Under the pieces are notes generated by a model. It did not search any database, was not told where the DNA came from, and saw nothing but the letters and a program-made list of their open reading frames with translations. This document shows, in pieces, positions 49,780 through 61,065 of a stretch of 64,000 bases of DNA. The stretch lies in NCBI GenBank assembly GCA_026914245.1, contig CP110439.1, positions 5,332,001 through 5,396,000 of the forward strand, given 5' to 3'. The stretch comes from Puccinia triticina. Lineage: Eukaryota. Positions within the stretch are counted from its first letter, which is position 1, and each line of letters begins with the position of its first letter. The translations under genes and the position numbers were made by a program.

Positions 49780-50410
49780 AAGTGTATCCATGGTTATTTG
49801 GCGAGACAAATGGGGTATTGTTATCCCCAATTACAGCCCAATACACTAACAGTTAGTGTATCCAAAGTTTCTCATTGAAGATCTTGGGTATTGTTATCCA
49901 GGATACACTCAAAATACACTAGTCTAACAGGTAGTGTATTTCTTTTGGATAACCAAGATTCCACTGAAAGTTAGTGTATCAGAGTTAGGATAAAAATCTT
50001 CTGTACTACAGTATCTGTTATTTCATGGTTTTTGGCCTCTAGAAAATGATTCTCAAAACATTATGACCTACATTTATTTTTTTGCAACTCAAAACCAACT
50101 TGACTACCAGAAATATCAATACACTGAAAGTAATTTTATCATTAATTGCAGAGATAAACTAACAGTTATTGTATTTGTTATCAGGAATAACAACAGATAA
50201 CAATCAAAGAAAAGGATTTGGTTATTGTTGTTAAACTGACATATTTCAGCTACACTAACAATATAATAACAGCCAAAAAGAATAACATCAAAAATATGTA
50301 TTGTTATTGACAGAAAATCAAGGATAACAGTATTATGTGTGTAGTGCAGTGGAAAAAACTACCAATACACTACACTAACAATACAGTTAGTGTATCAGCC
50401 CACCATTGCT
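49780..50410. repeat. AT-rich transposon remnant with recurrent TAGTGTAT / GTATTGTTATC motifs in both orientations
   Basis: Motifs read directly; termini not resolved. Confidence 0.55.
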
Positions 50411-50571
50411 ATAAGTTTGAAAAGGAGCAATATCAAGGGATACAAAGCAGAAAAAGGGAAGGATTTGAGGGATGAGTGAGGGAAAGACTGAAATTACAAG
50501 GATTAAAGTTTTATGGGGCAGCAAGCACCGTTTTGCAGAGCTTTCTCTAATTTTTTTATAGCTCTGCGCCC

Positions 50572-51827
50572 TCAGTCGCGCAAGGAATAAACCGCAGCTT
50601 TCTTGACCTTCTTCTCTGGTACATCTATTGGGCTGGAGTATCCGAGAGATGTTAACGACTTTCCCAGTAGTGCACGTTCATGACTGAATAAGAAGTGTTT
50701 TCTTTTTTTGAGGAGTGACTTCATCAGTTGAGCGGCTTCTTTCTTGATGGCCTCATCTGAATTCTTCAGCAAATGAAAGAGTACAGCTAGTGAGGCTACT
50801 CTAGTTTCAGCCGATAGGTCATTCGCTGGCTCGATCGAGAAGATTTCTCCGATGATCTTTTTCAGGTTTTTGGTAATGTAGCCCGTGTCGTTTTCATGGA
50901 TAGCTTTTCCTAGAGGTTTTAATCTCGGTTCGTCCATTGACACCTCCTTGAGATGGTTTTCCCATGAAACTGAGCAATAACCAGGACATTATAGAACATG
51001 ATTAGAATTGCAACGCCAGTTCTGCTTTGTTCTCAGATGTGTATTCTGGATGACTCACCAAATCCAGGAGTGAAACCGAGATAAGGGCGACGGAGTTCTG
51101 AGAGTGTTTTTTTTTTCGAAATAAGACTTTAGTGACTAAATGCCAGCCAGAACGAAATATAAATTTGGTTGTAAAAAAACACACCGTGCGACCATCGGGC
51201 CCATGTACTCCAGCCAGACAAGAGACCGGATGGCTGTGGCAGAATGCGACTCACCATGCAACGCAATGCCTCCGTGAGATGGGCATTGCGACGGTGTCTG
51301 AGCTGAAGAGTGTAAAAAGCAAAGGCTATTGAATCAGAAGCCGGCCCGGCTCCCCCATTGCGCTCAATTGCTGCATTGGCGAGTGCTCGGCACCATTGCT
51401 CTAGATGTTCCGGAGACATGGATTGGTGGAGCAGAAGGTAGTTTACCACTTGGTACAGATGTTTGTATGCGGTTTTTTCGAGGACAGAGTAAAGGAGGAG
51501 ATCTGAAGGTTCCTTCTTTTTTTTTTGAGAGAGGGTGATAAGAGTAGCGGACTCAGTTTTGAAAGCGGCAATTGCTTGTTCATGGGGCAAGGTCAGGACT
51601 TGGGGACAGTAGAGAAATGTGATCAAGTAAGTGGAAGGAGAATCCTGTGAAGATTTGAACAGTAAGAACATACATGAGCCCGTAGTGGCGCCAGCCAGAT
51701 ATTTGACCGGCGCGTGGCTCTCCGGACGCCAAAGTCTTGATGCGGGGGCGTAGTACAGGACGGCGTAGGTGTCCGTCATGAGCTGGCCAATCGAGAGGAA
51801 AACGAGGGAATAGGGAGGAAGCCACAT
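50572..51827 (-). CDS. Predicted secreted protein, family copy C (4 exons), candidate effector
   Basis: MWLPPYSLVFLSIGQLMTDTYA; same three intron positions as copy B; EPRL...AIH...EIFS...ETR...LLKN...LMKSLL...LFSHER. Confidence 0.8.
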
Positions 51828-52628
51828 GGGGTCGAAGGGTCGTTGGCCAGGACTTGAGCTCGGGCGAGCCAGATCTTTTCTATAAAACCGCCACCTGGTT
51901 TCATGGGATGCTTCTCCTGGCTTTTAGCCGGGTCCAAGGATTAGGCAAACAGGGATGCAAATGTAAAACGTGTTTTTATCTCTTAACTAGGCCTATGTAT
52001 TGTGATTTGAAGAAAGCTTGGACTTGCATGAGCTTGGATGAACTCGAATGCACAAGGAGTCCTCACAACCAGGGCGCATCACACAAGACTGGTTTCGCTA
52101 CCAGCCATGCAAACCCTATCTCCACCAAAACTCCCCCGCCGCGCAGATCACACAGCTCCAGATAAGGCCAATTCACTGTTGCTGCTCTAGTGAGCAATAG
52201 CTGCGAGAGGTTCTTTAATCGCCAGCCAGCTCTCATCCGGTCGGTTGGGAGTGATACACTTCATTAATGGCTCGGACTCTCTATGCGAAGTTTTTTTCTC
52301 GTGCAAATGACATTTTATTTCGCCAGCTGGAAGCCATCTCCTGTGCCCCAAGGTCTGGAATTGGGCGTCAGGGCACTACACTTCTTTTCCGGTACTAGTC
52401 ATGGAGGCGGCTGCCTTTTTTTAGGATCAGTATCGTAACAAATAAGAAAAAACCCGCCTTGTCGCAGTATTGTAACGCACAAAAAGAAAAAGCAGCTATT
52501 GTAGCAAACATAAGTAACGGTTGGATTTACCGGTAACGGCGCAAAAATCGCTACACCACCGTTACACTACCGATACTGGTGGCGTAACTGCCCATCGTTG
52601 ACAGGAGTTATGGGGTCAAGTAAATAAC

Positions 52629-53652
52629 CTAAAACCGTTCGCGTTGTCGGGCAGCAACAGTCCGTAATCCGTGATAAACTAAAAGAAAGTGTGACCAAGA
52701 TTAATTAGAAATGAGCGACGATGAATGCAATGATTGGGAGAGTTTTTGCTGATGGCTACGCTTGAATTGGACAGTGAGAAAAGAAATGCAAACCTTTTCC
52801 AGGCGGTGAGCCGAGGATCAGGGCACAGACAGCGTCCCGAGCGATCCTAATAGCAGCAAAGGATCCCAGAATGTGGATTTTGCTATTTTTTTCGGAATTA
52901 TGTCACAGTAAGGAACCACTAAATTCAGTGAGTAGATAATGTGATGCGAGGAAAGATTAGAAGAAGAGGAAGGGTGGGCTCTTACGTGTCCGCCAGTACG
53001 ATTCTTGTCCGACTGGCATTTTCGATGGTGAAGCGAGTACGACCGTCTTTACCGGCGATGCGGCCAATAGCACGACTAAGATGATCACCGGTCAAGGCTT
53101 TGACATCCTTGATTTCGAAGGATTCAATGTATATTTCTTCGAGTCTGAGGAGAGCCAGGGCATCTTCGACGGCGAATCCGAGATTGAAACATTGGAGGAA
53201 GTTGACAGCCTTGGTGATCGTCGATGAGGCCGGCGAAAGAGTGTGCTTGGAGCTTTTCAACTCCACCCGTCGCGAGCCCACGTTCATTCGTACCATCAAG
53301 CCTAGCTCTTCAACTAGTGGTGTGTAGATCTGTGGCCAGGATTTCTTCAGCGGCGTCAGACGTTGAGGAGAAATGGTGACCTGAAAGCAACAAACAACAC
53401 AGGCACATGGTAAATCTCTGCAGTTTGTTGTGTGTCATTAATGCGTTGATTGTTTAGAAGAGTTGCATTCACCTTGGCAGTCTGAGTGAGTCCCTTCGAA
53501 GAGCCTTGTTCTTTGACTGGGCCGAAATCCAGCAAGCCTTGATTCTGGCCATTAGTGTTACTGCTGCTGCTCGGTCCGGTTTCCGGTGCCGAGATTGGCT
53601 TCAAGTCGATCATCACTGCATCGTCGTCATTCGGTAGGCCTGGGTTGGTCAT
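52629..53652 (-). CDS. PNO1: Pre-rRNA-processing KH-domain protein PNO1/DIM2 (4 exons)
   Basis: RLTPLKKSWPQIYTPLVE...GFAVEDALALLRLE...FEIKDVK...GDHLSRAIGRIAGKDGRTRFTIENASRTRIVLAD...KIHILGSF...LILGSPPGKVY...RERF*. Confidence 0.95.
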
Positions 53653-54520
53653 CCTGGAGGGCGAAGTGGAGAAATGTGTAGATTGGCACTGGCACTGTGG
53701 TTGTGCATGTATCTTCAGACCAGGCCGAGTGGTGGTCAGTCCCTATCGGGGTGCGGGGCGCGCACCACCCCCGCGCTGACTGCCGGCCGCAACCCGCGGG
53801 CTCGGCCTCCAGGCCCCTCCGCTGCTCCTTCGGCGCTCTCACCGCGATGCGGCGAAGACGGCATAGGACGCGGTTGCTAGCTCCTACCAGTTCTTAAATC
53901 CAAGGGGTCAATGTTCCCTGTCTCCTGCCGGCTGGACTTGGATGCGGAATTGCCGCGGGAGCCTCCCCACTTCCGGCTTGGCTTAGATGGCTCACAGATC
54001 AGTCCAACATATAGATGTGCCGTACATTTAAGCTGTGGAATCAGAATGGTTCTCATGGTCTCGGGAGAATCTGTCTCAAAACCTCTGGTGGAATCACATG
54101 ATCCCAAATGGGTAATTGGGATCTATTGGGATCCATCAAATTGATCAAGTCAACCCAGGCGTCGAAGTAAAAAGATTATACTCCTGACAATGCAAGAGGG
54201 GTTTTTGACTGGTTACGATCAAATTTTGTAAATGTAACATGTGAACAAAATACCAGTACCTTTGGGGGTTCGACCACCAATCCCGTATAAGACATTGGAC
54301 AAGTAACGCTCAAGCGAAGCAACTCTCTGCGCAAACGAAGCGTCGCGTGGACGCTTTCGGTAAATTCTGTTCGCGCCAAGAATCAGGCGACAGGCATTTT
54401 TCATAAGCGTGGTGCGGTGCGTGTTCCGCCGACCGAGGAAAAGCGTCTGCGGGGCACTGGAACACGGTACTTGAGGACAGCTGGCCCAAGGGACAATTGC
54501 CTGCACCGCAACCGACCTCC

Positions 54521-56280
54521 ATGGCCAAATTAACCGATTTACCAGCCGAGCTGATCCACAGAATAATAGAGGATATCCTCCAACCTGACCACACTCCCGA
54601 GGGACCTCGGGAAGCATGGGATGGCAGGCTCATTGATCAAGACTACAACGAAGGCCATCATCTGCTGGACCACAACGGACACTATGAGGACCCAGACGTA
54701 AGACCTCATCACGAGCTGGAATATCGTGAGCCTACTCCTCGGACGTATGAACGCGACCATCGAGTTACGCCAGTTCTACGCCCAGATGTCTCATGGCCGC
54801 AGGGTGAGGACTTTCCGCCAACAGTTTCCACATGTAGACTTGAATACATGCGTTGAAAATCAATTTACCTCCTACGCTCTGTCTCTCTAGGCCTTCCTTC
54901 CAATCCTCTTTTGCCGCTGTCATTGGTCAGCCGTAACTTTCGAAGATGTGCCCAAGAGATACTCTTCAAGAATGTGCCTCTGCTGAGCACACGTCGGGCG
55001 AGCTTATTCCTCCAGGCGCTCAATGGTCTATCCCCACAAGATGAATCGATCCACATACCGGGTACAAGTATCGGCAGTCCAGACAAGCGGAACGCACGTC
55101 AGGAGGGCCATCTTAGCAGACTCGCCCAACATGTCCGCACCTTACAGCTCAGATGCATCGGTCCTTGTTCAATGGACAACGTGCCGAAGGGAGGCGGCTC
55201 TGTGTTTTGCGACATCATCAGGAGCTGTCCGTTTCTCGAAAACGTCGCAATCAGGACTACCTTTGCAATTGACTGTAGAGAGCCACTCCTGGACGCCCTC
55301 GCGAGTCTGCGACTGATCAAAGAGTTTGTTATCATCAACAATAACAGCGACGGGTCTGGCTTGAGCTTCCGATGGAACGTCGAGGACCTGCTCGGTCGAT
55401 TATTCCCTCATTGGCCCTTCCTCAAGACGGTCGACTTGGCCGAGCTCGCAAGTTCCTCGGAGGAGAAGAGTCAGACTGGCACCATCCAGGAGCCTAAGTT
55501 AAACTGTGCCCTCCGAACAATGATCTTAGAAGATCCTGATATAGACGAGTATGAGCTTTCAATGCTTGTGAAAAGCTTTCGAGACAGCATGCGGACTCTT
55601 GAAATCAACCGCCCGGCTTACAGGATCGGCCGGGCCGGGATATGTCGGATACTGAAAGACTGTACGAATCCGGAGCTAGAATCCTTGAAACTTGACTGGC
55701 CTCACAACGAACAGCCGTTCTCATCGATCCCGGATGTTATTGATTCCGATGATCCAGTCACGAGCCTAGCGCTACTAGATATCCTCTTCAAGTCCCCCTT
55801 CGCACTCAGGGAACTCAAGTCTTTGTGCTTCAGTGGCACCATTGCAACACCCAAGTTGTTTGAACGCTTGCCTGACTCAATCATCAAAATTGCCTGGGGA
55901 AACTGTGTCGAGATCTCTTTCACTGCGTTCGACAAGATACTATCGAACGAAAAATTGTTACCTAATCTTGAATGTTATTCAATCCGAACCCGCCGCACGC
56001 GTGAGTTTTATTTTACCTCAAATCAGAGCACAATTTCAATTATGGGATTTGCCAAAAAGTTGATTGCTCACATCGTCAAACATTTTTTGCACTTCGATGG
56101 GTCTTTGTAGGGGACATGGAAGCGGAAAGTTTCAGCGGACGAGGGCTATGTTCACAGAGAGAACGTGAAGACGCTTCCGACTCGGAGGATGAGAGCATGG
56201 AAGCAGATGCAGCGATGAATCCATATTGGCAACACATAATGGGCATAATTGATGCAGAGCTTGCTATGGGTAACATCTGA
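54521..56280 (+). CDS. F-box-like / LRR-like protein (3 exons)
   Basis: N-terminal LTDLPAELIHRII and LSLVSRNFRRCAQEILF (split F-box-like motif), then LxxLxL-type segments. Introns at about 54803-54890 and 56001-56110 keep the frame. Confidence 0.7.
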
Positions 56281-57959
56281 TCTTCTCTGCTCCCTGGATC
56301 CTTTCCGTCCTCTCCTAATTTGCCCTTTTCTATCTCTAAATCGAGTCTGTTTCAAACTCCTTGGTTTGCCATGATCCCAGTGGATTCCAGAGCTGTTGAG
56401 ATATTGAAGTTCAATGAATCTTGTCTTCACCCACCACATTATATACCATTCACTCTTTTGGTTTGAAACACTTACATTTTTCTTTTGTTTTCCATTGATT
56501 CCTATAACCACGTATTAAACCATCATGTATTGTCAATATTTAAGCTCAAGGCCCCATTTGGCATCAATATATACACTGTGTTTTGAAGAATTGTTGGATC
56601 ATTTTCCAAAATTTCTGCTTTTGTTGACTGGGGGAAATCACTATTTAGAACCAGAGTGCCTTCTTTACTCTACCATCCACTGCCTGGGGCCATTGGCCGC
56701 TGCCCTCTGCCCATGTGGAGGGGGCAGGGACGGGCCAACCAAGCGCTGGGTTGTTACAGAAGGACATCCCAGGCAGAAGTCAATCTGAAGGTTAGGTTTA
56801 AAGTCAGGCATGGATTTTTGTCTGCATGTGCTTCAAAAAAAATTGAACGCAAGGTTGGCCCAAGGTTTGGTGTGAAGTTTAAATTAAAGTTAAGTTCATA
56901 GCAAAACTGGAAAATTTGAGAAAAAACAGACAATTCTGAAAAACACAGTACACCCCGGGGCCGATGGAGCGCCCCGAGGGCCCGCAAGTCAATGACCGCA
57001 ACGGTGGCGCTCAATCTAGACATGTCCCAGGGGCGCACCACCGTGACGCACCTGGGGCGTCACGACACGTCCCCGTTGCGCAATCTGATCACGCACCTGT
57101 TGCGTAAATGGGATTGGCGCGCCACAGCGACGTACCCTTGATCGTCCCTTGGGCGTCCCATGGGGGTGAGGATTACGCTGCTGGAGCGTCCCGGTTGGGG
57201 ACCGCTCAGCCGCTGCCAGCGGATAGTTGATCGAGTACCCTTGGAGCCCTGAGCGGCGACCTGCGAATATTTGACCCGGGTTCCTTGAGGCGCTCAGCAG
57301 CAACCCGCAGCTGAATGATCCGGCACCAACAATGTATGCCAGATCCATTGGGATCCAATTCAATCGGATCATCCTGGTGACTGATGGCAGGCGGATGCTC
57401 TGCGGAACTATGATGGGGCAAATGCAACTGCGGGGCCCATGGGACTCGTGTGGGCGGGTCTTTGGGTACTGGCACTTGGCCAAGGGTCAGGGCACACGAA
57501 TATGTAGAATATATTAGTTCATGGGGAAACTCTCACTCGCCAACAAGATTGGAACTCAATCGCTCTCCAACAAAATATGAAATCAGTCCCATTATTTAAG
57601 TAACCGTCTCCTCTATCCTCAAGAACCATCAAACAATGTTCAGATGGATTCGAATGCTCTGTAAATTTAGGTGGTGATGGGATCAATCTGAAGGGGAGAT
57701 AACTACAAATTAGAAGAATATCAACAACTGCTAGAGTTGCTCTGCCTGAACAACAGGAGCCCGGCAATAAAATAATAACAAGAGATAGTTTGGGGGAGGA
57801 GCCAAGGGCCTGACACTTGAGGGTGGGGAGAGCAAGTGCGTTGGAGGGGGAGTTGGAGGGAAGAAGAGAGGGTGGATGATGGTCAGTTGGAGGGAAGAGG
57901 GAGGTTGGATGATGGTCAGCGAGGGAACTGGGGTTGCCTGAGGAATTGGTTGTTGAAGT

Positions 57960-59041
57960 TGAGAGAGGAAATAATTCTTCACGGTGTTGTGTGTTGCATC
58001 AATAAATATCATAGTCTTGCCGTGTTCTAGCATCATCTCGCGTTGCCACGGAGATTAAATTGCAAAAAGAAACGCATTGGAATCGGTCAGCACAGGGGCA
58101 TAAGTGTGCCAGCCGGTACTGGTCAAGTGAGCTTCCCAAAGTGACATCAACACAAATACGTCCCGGTCCCGTCTAGCTTGAAAAGTGAGCCTTGTCTTGA
58201 TCAGGTAGTTGACATGGTTGTATAGGACCGCATTTGATGCCGGAACAACAACACCGGTCCTGGCACAAAGCTGAGGTGTTGGCGGTGCAATTAGACTTCA
58301 GTGTTGGTGCTTTCCAACATACCAAGAAGAAGAAAAGAAAAATTTACAGCGTGAAGGTCTCGAGATGACAAGAGGCAATGGATGCCTTTCCATCCAATAC
58401 CCAAATCAACACGGGTGATGATCCAGTCATCAATAACCTTGGGAATCTGAGTGTTTTCCATGTCTTCTTTAGTGTTGAGTTCGTGCGAATGTTTCCAATG
58501 CCATTCGACCTGCAGCGAGTCTGTGGCGATGTGGTGGGTGATGGTGAATCTGGCCTTGCAGCCACACTTCTTTCCGGGAGTTGATTGGAGCCTTGTGGTG
58601 CCCGTTGCGAGGACATTCGTAGTAGAGTTTGAAAAGGTACTGCATCGGTGGGCCAGGTTTCTTGATTGGAGGGGTTGCAACTTGATTGGTAAAGCAGTTG
58701 TCGAGGGTCCAACGAACTGTCTCTTGCATTTTTTCAACAAAAAGTTGGGCTTCTCCTATAGAACGGCCAGGGATGGAGAAGCAAAACGGATGACTGTTGA
58801 AAGCCGGACCAGCGCCGCCTAGCCAACGGACCATTCTTAGCGTGCACAAAGCAAGCTTGAAACCATGTGGAACAGGGACCTCTTTGATGAACGGTTCAGG
58901 TACAATATCTTCAATGTCAAGAATGAGTGAATATTTGTTACTGGGTGGTTTTAGTTCGGTGTTTAGCATTGCTTGGAGGGATGAAAGCACTGAGGAATGT
59001 GGAGATGATGTTGTGTTGGCGTTTGAGGTGATTGAGAGCAT
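57960..59041 (-). mobile_element. Truncated, decayed MULE transposase related to 23829-26899
   Basis: ETVRW...YECPRNGH...CGCKARFTITHH...WKHSH; SPWQREMMLEHG...IDATHN; frameshift and stops; ends after the first catalytic Asp. Confidence 0.85.
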
Positions 59042-59315
59042 TTTTCAATGGAGTGTGGCAAGGAAGGTAACGGATAAGTAATTGGCTTGGGTCTTATGGA
59101 TGGTAATGTGGGGGATGAAGCGGTGAAAGGAAATTTGGGGGGGAAGAGGGGTTTTGCAGGAGAGCTGAGGGGAAGGAGAGGCAGGAATGGAAAGAACTGA
59201 GGGGAAGGCCAGTGCCGGAAGACAATAAGGCAGGCAAGGATATGTAAGGATCAAAAGCTTGGGGGAAAGGTTGTAACAAAGCCAGGCGACTGGAGGTAAC
59301 CAAAAGGGTATGAAA

Positions 59316-59792
59316 CAACAGTGGGCCGCTACGCTAAACTACGCTATTTTAGCCATAAAGTTTAGCGTAGCGGCAAAAAGCGCCAACCTTTTTTGAATAG
59401 CGTTAGCGCGCTGTTAGCGCCGCTACGCTTTGCTAATTTTCAGCGGCGCTAACAGCATACCAATTTTTGTTTAGCGTTAGCGCTGCGCTACAGCCGCTAC
59501 GCTACGCTACGAGGCGCTAAGGCGCTTTTAGCGGAAAAAAGACACTTTTTTGCCGCGAAAAACGCTTTAGCGCAGCATAGCGCGCGCTCTTTTGCGCCTT
59601 GCGTGCTTAGCGTTAGCGCAATTGCGCGCATCTGCGCTAACGCTACGCTAAAAGCTAAAATAGCTTTGCATCCTTTGCGCGTAGCGTCAGCGCAGATGCG
59701 CGCAATTGCGCTAACACTACGCTAAAAAATAGCGCATTTGCGCTGCGCTACGCTACCCTAACAGCTATGTTAGCGTAGCTGACCCACTGTTG
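59316..59792. mobile_element. MITE built from GCTACGCTA / TAGCGTAGC motifs
   Basis: TIR CAACAGTGGG..GCTACGCTAA / TTAGCGTAGC..CCCACTGTTG; no TSD seen. Confidence 0.75.
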
Positions 59793-59823
59793 GTGCATCC
59801 TTTGGGATCATCCAACGTGGAGG

Positions 59824-60123
59824 ATGACATATATGGATTTTTCTCAACCCGCCAACGAACCTCCTAGCCAAAAACGTGATTTTGCTAGACGGGCAAAGGC
59901 TCACGATCAGCCGGAAATTGATGTCGCTCTTCTCCAAGCTCAAAATGAGCGCAACCGCATCAACCTCAAAATCATGTCCAAAGATATGTCCGCCTGTTGC
60001 AACGACGACTCCAGAGAATATTTCCGCATCAAGAGGCAAAAAATCCTCGCCGAGGAACGAGCGTCCGCCAGGTCTTCTGCTCAAAACAATTCCTCCCCTC
60101 AAGCCGGCCCCAGTTGCTCTTAA
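59824..60123 (+). pseudogene. Fragment resembling the NAM-associated C-terminus of a Harbinger Myb-like ORF
   Basis: IMSKDMSACCNDDSREYFRIKRQKIL pattern; short and wedged between transposons. Confidence 0.45.
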
Positions 60124-60454
60124 CATTCCCTGCAGACATACTAATCCACTTCGGCTGTCGCTTTCCCCTGGTACTTGCTGAGGGATGCTGCGGCGCGGCT
60201 TCCCGCAGCAAGTGTGGGAAGAGAGGTAGTGAAGGGTGAAACCCTTCACCAACCTCGACCAGGGAAGAGAAAAAGGGACGCTAGTTATGTTTCTATTCCC
60301 GGCAAACACCAGAAAGTGGGGGGTTCAGGCGCAAGCCCTCAACTCAGGGTTTTTGGGAGAGCCTGAGCCGCGCGTAAACACCCAACACTCTCGGAAAAAG
60401 CCACAGAGAAACTAGTCTAACATGTTACTGATGAACAAAACAGCACCAGCTCCC

Positions 60455-60718
60455 TTATTCCAAATCCTCCCCGTCACAAGCCACATTCAACAAAATTGTC
60501 TTCGACCGGCGTGTGTCCTCCGCACTATATGGGCGGATGTACAGTTTGTAGCAAGCAGAGCTCCATCGCCCTAAATTGCATATGTCACTAGCCGGCATCC
60601 CCAAGGCAGCACGGAGGGAGGCTCCACCGACCCGAAAGCTATGACCTAGAACGCGGTCGTGGCCGCCTGCTGTCACCGCTTGCTGGATTCGTGAGACCAC
60701 GTCACACCTCGTCAGATG
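60455..60718 (-). mobile_element. Tyrosine recombinase C-terminus (DIRS/Ngaro or Crypton), interrupted by copia C
   Basis: GHSFRVGGAS...LGRWSSACYKLYIR carries the HxxR and W...Y catalytic motifs. The frame is open up to the LTR at 60719. Confidence 0.85.
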
Positions 60719-61051
60719 TATTGAACTTACAGTAGTCGTCCGGGGTCCTTTCCATTTTTACGCTTTGTTACTCTTACCAGTTGTGCCGCAGTTGTTCCGA
60801 AACCTAGTTGATCCTTTAAATGTCCGCTCCAATTATGTATTGGCTCTTTTCCTTAATCAACTGATAGTTCTCAACAACTACAACACTAACACTCATTGCT
60901 ACAATTAGGTTAGTGTGTTGTCGGTGCTCAAGTCGTATCAAGTGTAGATACTTATATCGCTACCTTCTAAAAGGTTAGTGTGTCGTCGGTGCTCAAGTTG
61001 TATCAAGTGTAGATACTTATATCGCTACCTTCTAAAAGTCTGAGTTCATTA
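60719..61051 (+). repeat. 5' LTR of copia C (333 bp, TATTGAAC...GTTCATTA) with a 65-bp tandem duplication
   Basis: 7/8 terminal inverted repeat; directly followed by the PBS; units 60909-60973 and 60974-61038. Confidence 0.85.
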
Positions 61052-61065
61052 GGTTATGAGCCCAG
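61052..61065 (+). promoter_or_regulatory. Primer-binding site GGTTATGAGCCCAG
   Basis: Complementary to the anticodon arm of initiator tRNA-Met, as in copia and Ty5. Confidence 0.9.
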
